Assembly: GCA_008632985.1 (NCBI GenBank)
Contig: QPGO01000011.1
Location: 1-64,000, forward strand
Length of the DNA stretch: 64,000 nucleotides
Reading direction: 5' to 3'
Source: Psammoneis japonica
Lineage: Eukaryota
The number at the start of each line of letters is the position of its first letter. Positions within the stretch are counted from its first letter, which is position 1. A program made the translations under genes and the position numbers. Positions 1-11,622 of this stretch are shown here, piece by piece. Under the pieces are notes generated by a model. That model was not told the origin of the DNA. It searched no databases and saw nothing but the letters and a program-made list of their open reading frames with translations.

Positions 1-3000
1 GTTAATGAATCGAAAAATCTGAGAAGAATTGACTTCTTCGTTGCTTTTTCGGTCGAAAGAGCATGACAACAACATCGGCGCACGAGTGTTTTGATGGTTT
101 TTTCGACTCCAGAGCGGCTTTCAAAGCACAGGAAGACTCTCACAAGTGTTGTGAACGAGTGCTGTCGAATGAGGTTGAAGCATTTGTCGCAATGTCTTGA
201 TGGTGTCGCTTCTTGCGTCGAAGCCGCCATTGTCGTTCACAACTTTGAAGTCGGGTGAAAATCGCTTTGTGTTCACATGCATTCTTTGATGATTGAATGA
301 ACATGACATTGTAATTTTAAATCAGTGAATGAATGACAACAGGCGTTTTCACAAGAATCAGCAACAGCTGTTCTCAAGAATCGAACTCGTTCTAAGAAAA
401 CAGGACAGCAGAACTTGTGAATCGTCCGTTGAGCACGCACGTCGAGCTCGAATTTTGCATTCAATGGAAATCAGATTCTTAAGAATTGGCACCCGGATTC
501 TTGAGAATCGGTTTTCACAACTTTTGTCGTGACAGATCTCTCCATGCTGTCCTGCCAGTCTGTCCAACACAAGGGAGTGTGCTCCCCATCTTGTGGGTGT
601 CTGTCATCCTCCCCTGATGAGCAATGCAATGCTCAACAAGAAAAGAAGAGATGATCCGAATAAAAAGAGAGGACTGGAACAGCAGAACAAAGAAGAGCAC
701 CAAAAGAAATGGCCAAGACTTGGTCCGCAAACATGACAACAATCAACGATGACATCCCATCAAGGAACGGGCATGTCGGGAACAAAACATCCATCCCGCG
801 CTCAGTGCATCAGTCTTCGACAAAAAACATCAAAGGCAGTTCCCAACAAATCTTTTGGATGAATTGAGTTGTGCACCAGAGAAGAATTTTGTCAATCCAC
901 AAACAATCGACTGCAACGGGACATTCTGGCAAGTCATCCTGTCACCAAAAATTGTCGGAAGAGATGGGCCAAAGATTGGAAATCCACCATGGCGAGTGAC
1001 ACATTGAAAATGAAGCAATGGCATCCCACCTGGCAAACCAATGCTTCTGCCACACTTTGTGCTGCCCTTGAAAAACACATTGGAGAAACAAAATGCATCA
1101 CAAAGTGCTCAACATCAGAAGAACAGCGACGTGTCGGAGGTGAGCATCGCACAGCATTCAAAAAGTGATCGTCAAGTGAGGCATCTTGGTGGAAGATTGA
1201 GTTCTCAATGGCCTGATGTGTTCCTCTGTGCTGCAGGAATCCCTCCCCTGATCAAAAAATGCAGGATCATCATCGGCAATGGTGGATGGGCCCGGAGCAC
1301 AGTGAAAAGCACAAACAGACGTGACAACGGCCCTGACAACAGAGGAAAGAGATGAAACAGCGGGAGGCAACGAGACTCGGTGGCCCTCTTTCAGGGTCAC
1401 CCCACTTCCATTGGTCTTGATCGGATGAGAGAAGGAATGGCAGCATCGCATGTCCGAAGTTGATGATGGCCAAACCAAAAATCCGAACTGAACAAACTTG
1501 ACAACCAACAAAGCACTGGCAGCGTCCATGAGCAATGGGTGGCAAGCAACTCGGGTGTGACCTTGACAACAGAGGACAGTCCACAACTGGGGTGAATGTG
1601 GCCATCTTTGTGTGGAACAATGGAGTGGCCAGAAACAAAAAACTGCGGGGTCTTGAGCAGGCAGGAGCAGACTTGGCAGGAAGCACCACCGATTCGGAAG
1701 GAATTGCAAGGGATCCCGCATCAATGTCTGTAGATTGCTCACCCGTGGATTCCACAACAGACACAGCAGACTTGATGGTCAAGGAATTGGCACCCGCAGG
1801 ATCCATCCAAGCATCCACAGTGAGTGCATCTTCAACACAAGACACAACAGCAGTGTTGCAGCTGCTGGCAGCAGAGGCGGGATCTGGGCACAACTTGGAC
1901 TCAGCACATGCATGAGAACTCGAAACACTCTTCAATCCATTGGCCACAGCTTGCCCACACTCGTTTGGACCAGGTGAATGAGTTGCCAAGGCCTTGGCAA
2001 AGTCTTCAGGAGCAGGACCTGTGGCAGCAACCGGCGGGGATGCAGAACTTGAGGTTTGAGATGACTTTCCATGTGGAGCATCGGACACATCGTCCCAACA
2101 TGCAAAAGATGGAAAATCCGGATGGAAGAAGAGAAGCACAGTCTCAGCACAGACTGTCATGGCATCGTGACCATCTGAAATTGCCTTGATCATGGCTTTC
2201 TGAAGATTGGCAAGGTTTGGACGAATCAGAGAAGCTTCAGGAGCAGCTGCAAAGTGGGGAGCTTTGTCCACAATTGGACCAATCCGTGCAGATCCTCAGT
2301 CAGCACAGCCTTGGGGATGATGAGGTCATGAACAATCTTGTGATGGAGAGCAGCAACAGCATCGCTCTTGAGGCCTTGAGGAGCAAATCCGTCCAGAAGT
2401 TCTTCGGGAGCAGGCATCTCATTGGAACAAAGGATGTTCAGGTGATGATGGGCATCTGGCAAGAGATGCTGGGGGTTGAATGCAACCAGTGTCAACTTGA
2501 TCTTGGTCAAATCAATGGCGTTTTGATTTTTGTTCACCATGGTTGCGTGGGAAAAAAATCAAATTCCTGCACAGAGCTCTGGCATGTGTTCTACGGTGGT
2601 CGTTTGATCACAAATCGAGAGGTGAAAAAACAGCTGTGACAATGATGATGATTTCAACGAAGAAAAAGTCACCAAATCACACAGCTGGCATTGCAGTGGA
2701 GGAGCACAGAGGAAGAGGAACAGCGCACTGCTGCTCACAACCTTGCAGACTAGCGGCATCGGGACAATCCAATGGACATCTGGGACAGATGACAATCGTG
2801 TGCTAGATGAGAAAGAAAGTGAGCAAAGGAGAGATCATCGGATCTCTCCATGCTGTCCATGCCAGTCTGTCTGACACAAGGGAGTGCACTCCTCATCTCG
2901 GATGTCTGTCGCTGACAAGTGGAGCCACTCATCTGCATCTTCAAAAGTCATCTGTTGAGAAGTTGCGCCAGCACCGTGCATCACAAATGAACACGCTCTT

Positions 3001-4340
3001 AAGATCTTGGCAAAGATTGAGGAAAACCACTGCTGCCATCAGACCTTGCCAACATTTTGTCACTGACAAGTGGAGCCACTCATCTGCATCTTCAAAAGTC
3101 ATCTGTTGAGAAGTTGCGCCAGCGCCGTGCATCACGAATGAACACGCTCTTAAGATCTTGGCAAAGATTGAGGAAAACCACTGCTGCCATCAGACCTTGC
3201 CAACATTTGACCACAATCTGATGATGTGTTTTTTTGTTGGGGTCACCTCTCAACAGACTTGAAGCAGTGACCAAGATTGGCAAGATCAAGAATGATGGTG
3301 TGAGTGCATCAAAGAAGCAACCAAGAGATGGGCGTTGTGCTGCTGCTTTTGCTGCGGGATCAAGCCACACCTGGCAAATGGTTTGGCTGGGCTGCGCACA
3401 TTGCCGTTAAAATGTTGCATGGCCAAGCAAGGCAAAGATGACAAAGAGATGTTGTTTGGCGATGGAGGAAAAAATGCTGCACAGCTGTTTTGCCAGGTCT
3501 GCACATTCAATGAGTGGGGCTCCAGACGCCGCAAAGAAATGGATCGTCCATGAGCTGCTGAACAAAGGTGCAGTCGGCTGTAAAATTTTTGGCAAATGGC
3601 GCTCTTTTCATGGCATCCCATCCTGCACATCTTCAGAATCTAGGGCTTCAACCGTCCTTTCTGAAGTGGCGCAAATGCCCCAACTGCCCTTCAGCATTGG
3701 CGCAAAAACTCCAGCCATTCTTCTGCACCAAAGCTTCAGCCATCCTGTCTGAGGCAGCACAAAGGCTCCAACTGTTCTTTTGCATCAGCGCAAAGGCTCC
3801 AGTGCAATCTGCGACAAGCGGCAGCAGTGCAAAGGTGCCGCAGCACGCCGCCCGTGCATCTGCAAAAACAAACAAGCCACAAGAGCAAGTTGGCGGGCCA
3901 ACTGTGCATCACCCATGCATCATGCATCAACAAAACTCCTGTGGCTTGTGCAAAACACAGGTCATTCTCCTGAGTCATCTGTGTTGTGATGTCAAGAAAC
4001 ATGTGCTGTGGTGTGGTTGCAGGAAAGTGCTGGCGCCGCTGGTGCATCATGACAGTCAAAGTGCTGCTGGCAGCGCGCAATTCTTTAAATGAGCTGGTGG
4101 GGTGACTGCCGCCTCAGCATGGCCCTGCTCACCCACAAGCGCACCACTGCAAAAGAGCAGGCTCTTGGCGCTGACACTGCACATGGCACTGTTGCTGGCA
4201 TGGTGCCATGGTGGCGCAAGTGCAGCAGTGGGCTTTCACATCAAAGGACAGGGAGTGAGCAGTCTTCCCTCCAACACCAAAATGGCAGACAACACAGTCA
4301 TCTTGGCACGGGGAAAAGAACAATTTTTCACCCAGCTCAA
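1..4340. mobile_element. Degenerate, TpA-depleted repeat/transposon relic of unidentified family (may extend beyond window start)
   Basis: No credible protein ORF; six-frame ORFs almost lack Tyr and are Cys/His/Gln-rich. About 16 TA dinucleotides in 4.3 kb by manual scan. Contains internal duplications. Same composition as the piggyBac-like relic at 35.6-38.4 kb. Confidence 0.6.
2907..3208 (+). repeat. 151-bp tandem duplication (2 copies)
   Basis: ctgacaagtggagccactc...ccttgccaacattt starts at 2912 and again at 3063; copies differ at only three CG/CA sites. Confidence 0.95.
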
Positions 4341-4351
4341 AGCAAAATATT

Positions 4352-4509
4352 TGAGGATGGCCGGACTTGAACCGACGACCTGAATGTAGTCACGCGCGAC
4401 ATTGACGTGTTTAGATGAAACTTGAACGCAGGATTGTGGTTGACAAGGTGCTCGAATGACGTACCTTCGGGACTGGAATCCGAAACTCTACCAACTGAGC
4501 TACATCCTC
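4352..4509 (-). tRNA. trnW-CCA: tRNA-Trp(CCA) with an 85-nt GT-AG insert (4464-4380) in the variable loop
   Basis: Minus strand reads GAGGATG TA GCTC AGTTGGTA GAGT T TCGGA TTCCAGT CCCGA AG [insert] GTC GTCGG TTCAAGT CCGGC CATCCTC A. Perfect 7-bp acceptor stem, D-arm, T-arm and A/B boxes. Anticodon at 4476-4474. A TTTT terminator follows at 4347-4344. Confidence 0.9.
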
Positions 4510-4587
4510 ACAACGTTTATCGGTGCTTTTTTTACAATACAAAAGCTAGAAAATGTAAGCGCAGAGCCCGAGTGCGGTGAACCGTGA

Positions 4588-5489
4588 ATGGAACACGCAT
4601 GCATTATTCATGCTGCAACGCAATGGTTACCGAAAGCGCCCTTTCAAGTTGGAAAGTATAGTATGTCAACATCAGGGACTGGCAAGGTCAAGGACCTGTA
4701 TAAAGTATTGAACGTTTCAAGGTATGATAAATAGCAACAGAAAGGACCAAGAAAGTAGTACAATTCGTTCCGTTTCGCACTCAATCGCCCGCCCATTTTT
4801 TCGTTCCTCAACCACTACACTGCCGCACACACAGGACGGCCAGCACCCATGAAATCAAACAAGCTTATCGGAAGCTAGCTTTGGCTCTACATCCTGATAG
4901 ACATGATGGCTGTAGTAACAAGGCCGATGCATTTAAGGCTGCATCGGAGGCATACGATACGTTGTCGGATCATGCAAAACGAACAGCTTACGACAGTGTC
5001 ATGGGCGCTCCAAGAAGAAAGGTCCCGCCCAATTACGGAAAAGTCTATGCACCTCGTCCACCACCAGGATTTAAAATTTACGACACTCAAAAGCATTATG
5101 ATTACCATTATGGCGATGGAATGATGAAGGAAGAAGTGGAGCGTGCCAGGAAACGTGCTCAGGATGCTTCTGGTCGCGATTCGTCATATACTTACCAAAG
5201 CCCACTAGGAAAGGGTTTTACCTTTGGTTCCAACGGAGAAGCAAATTCAAATCCATACTCCAAAGCACCACAGGGTCCACCCCGTATGCGTCAGGATATT
5301 GAATACGAAGAATCACACTTTTACGACATGGATGGTATGGATCGACATCAAACCGCGAAACGGATTATCCGACGAAGAGAAGTCATAAAGGAACGAATGC
5401 AGGAGCGAAGACGAAATCGGCAAAGCGTAGCAAAGTCAGCTGGTGATGTCAATGGACGACAGGAAGCAGGAGGATGTACAGTCATGTGA
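4588..5489 (+). CDS. DnaJ (J-domain) protein with C-terminal CaaX motif; 2 exons (intron 4722-4834); alternative start 4663
   Basis: Spliced reading [32 protein letters not shown]...[13 protein letters not shown] is a J domain with HPD; protein ends in CTVM. Confidence 0.88.
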
Positions 5490-5779
5490 CTTTGACCATT
5501 CGATAGAGAATGCCGGTCATTAGTTGAGGCTCACCCACTACGGCCTGAAGCTACCACCTGCATTCGGAGTGTAGGTCTAATTCAACACTCGCTTCTGCTC
5601 TACCGGTAGCATTTACAATAGACACACACGACATCTGCTGAGACATGCATCCTTATTCACTTAATTCATAATATCTTTACAGCTGTTCTTCAAGAACCAA
5701 ATAGTTCATCTCTTGCCATTACACGCATTGTTGTGTGTAGAGCATCAGCACATCGAAAACACACAATTTACTGCAATTA

Positions 5780-7823
5780 TTACTTTTTGGCAGGTTTTCG
5801 GTTGTGTGTCATGTGCGCCTGAACCAAGGTATTGGCGGCAAGCGCAGCCAACAAGCTCAATTCACCACACAAGGTGGCAGCCGCCACGACTTGTGCCAAC
5901 TTTTTGGAATTGTCGCCCGGCGTTGCTCCGCCTCCCTTGCATCCAATGGTTTCCAGACAAGCCGATTGAGCCGCAAGCGATGTGCCTCCACCGACCGTGC
6001 CGACTTCAATCGAAGGCATGGTACACGAGATCCACAAGTCGCCCATGTCGGTTTCTTCCAGAAGAGTAATGCAATTGGACGACTCGACGTTTTGAGCTGG
6101 ATCTTGACCCGTCGCCAAGAATACTGCCGTGACAATATTGGAAGCGTGAGCGTTGAATCCACCAACAGTACCCGCCATGGCGGATCCAACGAGATTCTTG
6201 TTGATGTTGGTCTCCACCATGGCCTTGACGGTTGTCTTGAGAGTGCTTCGTACAACATCCTTGGGAATGGTAGCCTCGACAACGACAGACTTTCCTCTTC
6301 CTTCAATCCAATTGGTAGCTGCGGCCTTCTTGTCGGTACACATGTTTCCCGAAAGCGCAACAAGAGTCAACGTCGGAAACTCCTTACGCAATAGCTCAAT
6401 GACGGCAAGACTTCCCTTGGAGACCATATTCATACCCATGGCATCACCAGCAAAGCATACCAGTCTCAAGTATACATTCTTGCCTGCAACGGTAGGATTG
6501 CACGACTTGAGTTTCCCAAAGCTCGTCGTACCCTCAAACGCTGTTTGAGACGATTGAAATTTTCTGGCTCTTCACACCACAGCTTGAGCATGGCGGCTTC
6601 TTGGGCAGATTCCATTCGAACACATGGAGCACGAGTAATCCCGTCCCTCAAAATGACAGCCGTGGCTCCGCCGCCTTGGGTGACAGCCTTGGCACCGCGG
6701 TTCGTGGATGCCACCAAGCAACCTTCCGTGGTGGCCATTGGAACGTATACCGATTCTTGATTGAGCGTCAATGGTCCCACCATGCCGACAGGCAGAGGAA
6801 TGTATCCCACGACAATTTCACAATTGGCACCGTGAACCTTGCTATAATCCAGTGATGGTTCTTGAGGAATCTTGTGAATCGCACCTCCTTTTCCCAAATC
6901 ATCGAGTTTTGAGTCGATGGACAGGCGTCGGACAATGACAGCACGGTGTGGGTCGAGTCTTTTCTCCAATTCGTGATCCTTGATTTTCTTTTGCGCTACG
7001 AGTTGTTCAATAGATTCGTTATCCAGTTCGCGGATATCTTTCACTGGAAGCGGGGAAGCTCTGAGGGACGCAGGATCAGAACATACTGGGGCCGACGGTG
7101 CCGGAGGATGCACTTTCTTCTGCTTACAGACAGAGACTGATGCAGTATCCTTGGTGGTGGTGGATCTATAGAAGAAGAAAGATGAGTTGAGTAAAAGTTA
7201 GAAGAATGAGTACTACATTTCTCAGAACAACACGGTTATTTGATGCGGGACCCAAAGCAAAAAAATGGCGGCAATCCAAGACTCCGTAGAATTCACGTAG
7301 AACCTGGTACAAACAAGCAAACTCACCGGTGCGAAGCCCCCTGTTCCGACGATGACGCCTCGTCCATCAATTCATCGGCATCGACAAAGGAAATACCAAA
7401 GAATCCAAAGAAATAGCACAAGCATACAGACCATCCGACAATAAACAGAGGCATGGACGTTGAGTTGTTGATGTACGTCGAAGCATAATTGAATCCAAAG
7501 CCTACAACAGACGCTACAAAAACCACGACGGCTGCGTAGTTCGTCCATTTCAAAATATGCCATCGCGGTTGAGGTCCATCCAATGAACTACTACGAGATC
7601 GGGTACTGACGTTGCTATGACTGCGCGTTACCACGGGACTTGCTGTATCAACCATGTTGCTGCCACTGCTGTTCAGCAACAACATTGAAACGCAGATTGT
7701 AAACAGAACGATAATTCCATAAAGCTGCGTCGACGACAAGTCATCCAATCGTGACAGCGCCGAGTCCAGTTTCATACCGATCGTTGTTGATGGCGGTGGT
7801 GCCATTGTGCTGTACTCATTCAT
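5780..7823 (-). CDS. HMGR: HMG-CoA reductase (class I) with N-terminal membrane anchor; intron 7326-7166; apparent single-base frameshift near 6545
   Basis: Motifs [52 protein letters not shown] and H..HNR; hydrophobic segments in exon 1. Confidence 0.95.
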
Positions 7824-8517
7824 ATTTTGTATTGATTGCGCTTGTTGGTCGATGAATAGCCTTTTTTAAAACAGAATAAGAACATAGACGGAGCGATGGT
7901 TGATGGTTGTGGTTTGTGTTTGGCTCGGTGGCACTGGTTTGCCACGCAACTTTGAAACTGGAGAGGTGGGGGTGGCGATCGGTGCGGTGGAACACGAATA
8001 GTACTAAAGGTACGATAATCTACGTGGAGTGGTGTAAACATCATTCGGGAGAGAATACGTCATTATGGGTATAACACTATAAACAGCTGATTATCTAAAT
8101 AATTAACAATGCGTCTTTATCATGTGTAAGATTGATAGTAAACTTTATCAAGTGTATCCAAATCTATATAGTAAAAATCTCTTTAACGACACTTTCGACC
8201 ACGTCATTGTAAAAAATTCGATACATGCGTGCGTGTGGTCGGAGTCGCGCCAAAATTTGCATGTGTTGTCTGTCTTTGGTGCGTTGTTTTGTCTCGCAAC
8301 TGCCTCAACGCACGACGGCAAAAGCGAGTCACGAGGCACTCTACCATAGGCCCTAGAAACACCACGCTCTGGCGTGCCGTACCGTAGCACCGATGTGACC
8401 CAAGTTGTTGGCAACACGACGACGCTCAGGTGTGGCGGCCGGGGACTGCGACGAAAGAAGGCGGTTCATTGCGGTGCGTGCGTTGATTCGAGCGTTCTCA
8501 GTTCCTGTTCGGTTTTT

Positions 8518-8790
8518 ATGAGCAAAAAGTGAGAAAAGTGCACCATGAGCAAATTCCATCTCCACATTTTTTTGGCATGAGCAAATTCCTTTTTTCGAAT
8601 TTCTACGGAGTTTTGTACTTAGAATCAATACTGTAAAGGAATTTGCTCACAGATTTCGGGGGAAATGTGGAATTTGCTCATGGGTTTATGGAATCTGCTC
8701 ATGGTTTTTTTGTTTTGCTCATGGGTTTATGGAATCTGCTCATGGTTTTTTTGTCTTGCTCATGGACTTATGGAATCTGCTCACAAACTT
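8518..8790. repeat. Inverted plus tandem array of the (T)GCTCATGG motif
   Basis: catgagcaaattcc at about 8544 and 8576 faces ggaatttgctca(c/tgg) at 8638 and 8669. About three tandem ~41-bp units (ttgctcatgggtttatggaatctgctcatggttttttt) lie at 8674-8785. Confidence 0.8.
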
Positions 8791-9731
8791 TCTTCGCTGC
8801 GTTAGCTCATTATGATGCATCATCAAGATTCCTCCTTCAAAGCCACAACGTCTTTGGCGAGTCGCGACCACGTTTTGACCCATTTCCAGGCCCTACTCTC
8901 TACCGGTGCAGTAGAGCATTTGCCCCCCGCTAGAGCTAGAAATATCCAAGAGATGAGCATTGTCGTTCATCTGTCCTTTAAATCAATGTCTTGTGAGTGT
9001 TAATTAGGTAGGTGTTGTTTATGGTATCCCATCTTTGAAAATGGAACTCACTTTTCGTCGTGGAACACCATTGTACTCTGGCAAGTTGAAAGGCGCCGGC
9101 TCTCAGTGATTGGCTCGTCACTATCCGGTTGATGTGGGCATTTAGAAGTAGTTAAAAATACGGGGGTTATTTTTACTAGAACGTGGTGTCACGGAGCTGG
9201 GGCGGAAGAAGCGGCCGAGCACTGGAAGTTGAAGCTGCCCATCTAGGCGCCCTGCCTCCTAGAGTAGACAGATTGTTTGGAGCAACTATTGGCTGAATAG
9301 TGGTGCCAAAGTGAGCAATGTAGAAAACAAGGAAGGTCTCTACGCTCTCTAGCTTGTAGAGAGAGACGGTAGTGTTGGTCAGCAAGTAACGACGGAAGTA
9401 GCTTTTTCACCCACAAATCCAGGCAGTATTTTTTGGAGTAAGTTTTTATCCTCCGGCTCGCTGCAGTTGGAGACTTTAGAGAGAGAGAGCGTATTATAGG
9501 TCTCTTGCATACTTGCCACAGGCTCCCCGTCTCTTACTTGAACAAGTTTCAAAGCAAAATCTACCAATCACATACTATCTAGAGTACCCCGACGACACCT
9601 TCTATCGAAACAACAATGGCGATTCTGCTCCACGAGTTAAATTGACAACAATCCGCGCGGCTCTAATGATCTACTCTCGTATAATACACTACTGTGTCAG
9701 AGAGTATTGCCAGAAGCAATTCTCATTTCTA

Positions 9732-10854
9732 CTACTTGTGTTTGAAATCTGGGGCACGTTTCTCCAAAAAGGCAGACATTCCCTATAAGGACGATGAAAA
9801 GCAAGGACAGACAAACAACCATGAATAACACTGGCGGTACGCAGTATTTACACACTCCAAAAGGAAATCAGAGTCCGACGAATCACAGCACGTTGATCTT
9901 CTCACCTCTTTTTGATCGTGAGTGGCAAAGAGCGAATGAAACAAGCGTCTCTCTAACCGCAATCCCTCCTTGAGCGGCAACTCTAACGCTGCATTGACAG
10001 CTTCTTTGGCCATGATGGTAGACAAGTGACTCTTGGAGGCAATGGTTTTCGCCATGGCCACCGCCTCGTCCACGAGCTCGTCCGATTTGTAAACCTTGGC
10101 AACAAGTCCCGCGTCATGTGCTTGCTGAGCGTTCATCATTTCTCCCGTCAATACCATGTGCATGGCCTTGGCCTTTCCAATGGCGTGAAGCAAGCGCTGG
10201 GTTCCACCAGCACCAGGAATTACGCCTAGATTGATTTCGGGCTGACCAAACTTGGCCGTGTCACTGCATACCATAATGTCACACATCATGGCCAACTCAC
10301 AACCACCACCCAAACAGTAGCCATTCACAGCGGCAATAACAGGTTTTTGGAGCGTCGTAATGTCGGCCCATTGTGCAAACATGTTCTGAAAGCATACGTA
10401 CCAAAAGCATGGGATGAGTATTCCTGTTACAGTATGAAACATAATATACCGACTTAAAAAATAATAATAGATGGAAACACACCTTCCCAAACACTTGATC
10501 AAACGCCTTATCTTTCATTTCTGAAATATCCGCTCCCGCTGCAAAGGCCTTGGTACTTCCGGTAAGAACAGTGCATCCAATCGAATCGTCGGCATCCAGA
10601 GCTTTGGTGGCGTGAATCAAATCATCAAAAAGACCATCACACAAGGCATTCAACGCCTTGGGACGATGTAGCGTAACGATTCCGACACCACGTCCTTGCT
10701 CTCCTTCTGCCGGAGTGCTTGTATCTACCTTGATGTATTCATACTCGGACTTGAGTGCCGACGTGGAAAAGGAACAAACGACTCGAGAAGAAGAACGGCT
10801 TCCATGACGCAAGAACGATCTTGACGCCACAGTTGTAAACACTGGTCTCATCAT
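9732..10854 (-). CDS. ECHS1: Mitochondrial short-chain enoyl-CoA hydratase (crotonase); 3 exons
   Basis: Arg/Ser-rich presequence; motifs RPKALNAL, AFAAGADISEM, GGGCELAMMCD and FGQPEINLGVIPGAGGTQRL. Last exon GMSAFLEKRAPDFKHK*. Introns at about 10482-10388 and 9905-9783. Confidence 0.93.
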
Positions 10855-11622
10855 GGTGTAGATTAAAAATCGTTTAGTTAGGGGGGCGGCTCTTCAGTCA
10901 ATACAACAGCACCACGAAGTGATGGTCTTAGGTGTTTGACAACATCATCACCATCATCGCATCGATCGACGCGACGCGTCGCAGATTTTTCCAAAAGATC
11001 TTTTTGAACGTCACTTTGACGTCACTCCATCCTCAACAAAATAAAATCAAAAGCCAACTCTGGCAATCCATACACACTCATCTCTACTCTACCGGTAGAG
11101 TAGAAACTCTCTAGAGTAGAGAGAGAGAGAAGTAGTAGATAGAGTAGAGAAAGTGCAGATGCAGGACGATGCACATAATTTAGCCACAACTAGTAGCTAG
11201 AGCTCGTGTTGCCGTGAGAACTCGCATCCAAAAACGAAACGTAAACTCCAAACGCAATAGCCATTGTACTTCCATAGCTCAGAACCAAAATGGTTTTTGC
11301 AAAATCATAAGCTTTGGCTCCAGGCTTGCGCGTCCATCAACCGAGAACCGGTGGCAATATCTGAACCTGCTTGCAAAACTCGTAAGTACTTTTCATTCAG
11401 TAGTAGCCCCATTTAGACTACAACTATTCAATCCTTGACTAGAAGGATTCTTCCATACTACCACGAGTAATTGACTATCTGGACCCGCGTGCTTATAAGT
11501 CGCTCGCATTCTCAACGCTAGTCGTGTTGCGAAAGTAATTAAGCTTTGGCGTTGGTTTTCGTTCAGTACCTTTATACAGTTACAATACAGTCTCGTTCTC
11601 AAAGAAAGAAAAATCATTGGGA

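Noticed and set aside
1..4340. Classical fungal RIP, or an alternative genetic code
   Set aside because: RIP enriches TpA, the opposite of what is seen. Flanking genes use Tyr codons and all three stop codons normally.
121..4383. Many overlapping ORFs in all six frames of the TA-poor blocks (also 35.6-38.4, 41.5-42.9 and 53.6-55.7 kb)
   Set aside because: Loss of TA removes TAA and TAG stops and Tyr codons, which creates spurious ORFs.
4415..4430. GTTCAAGT inside the tRNA insert as a second tRNA T-arm (nested or permuted tRNA)
   Set aside because: There is no flanking T-stem or acceptor complement; at most it is a partial B-box-like word.
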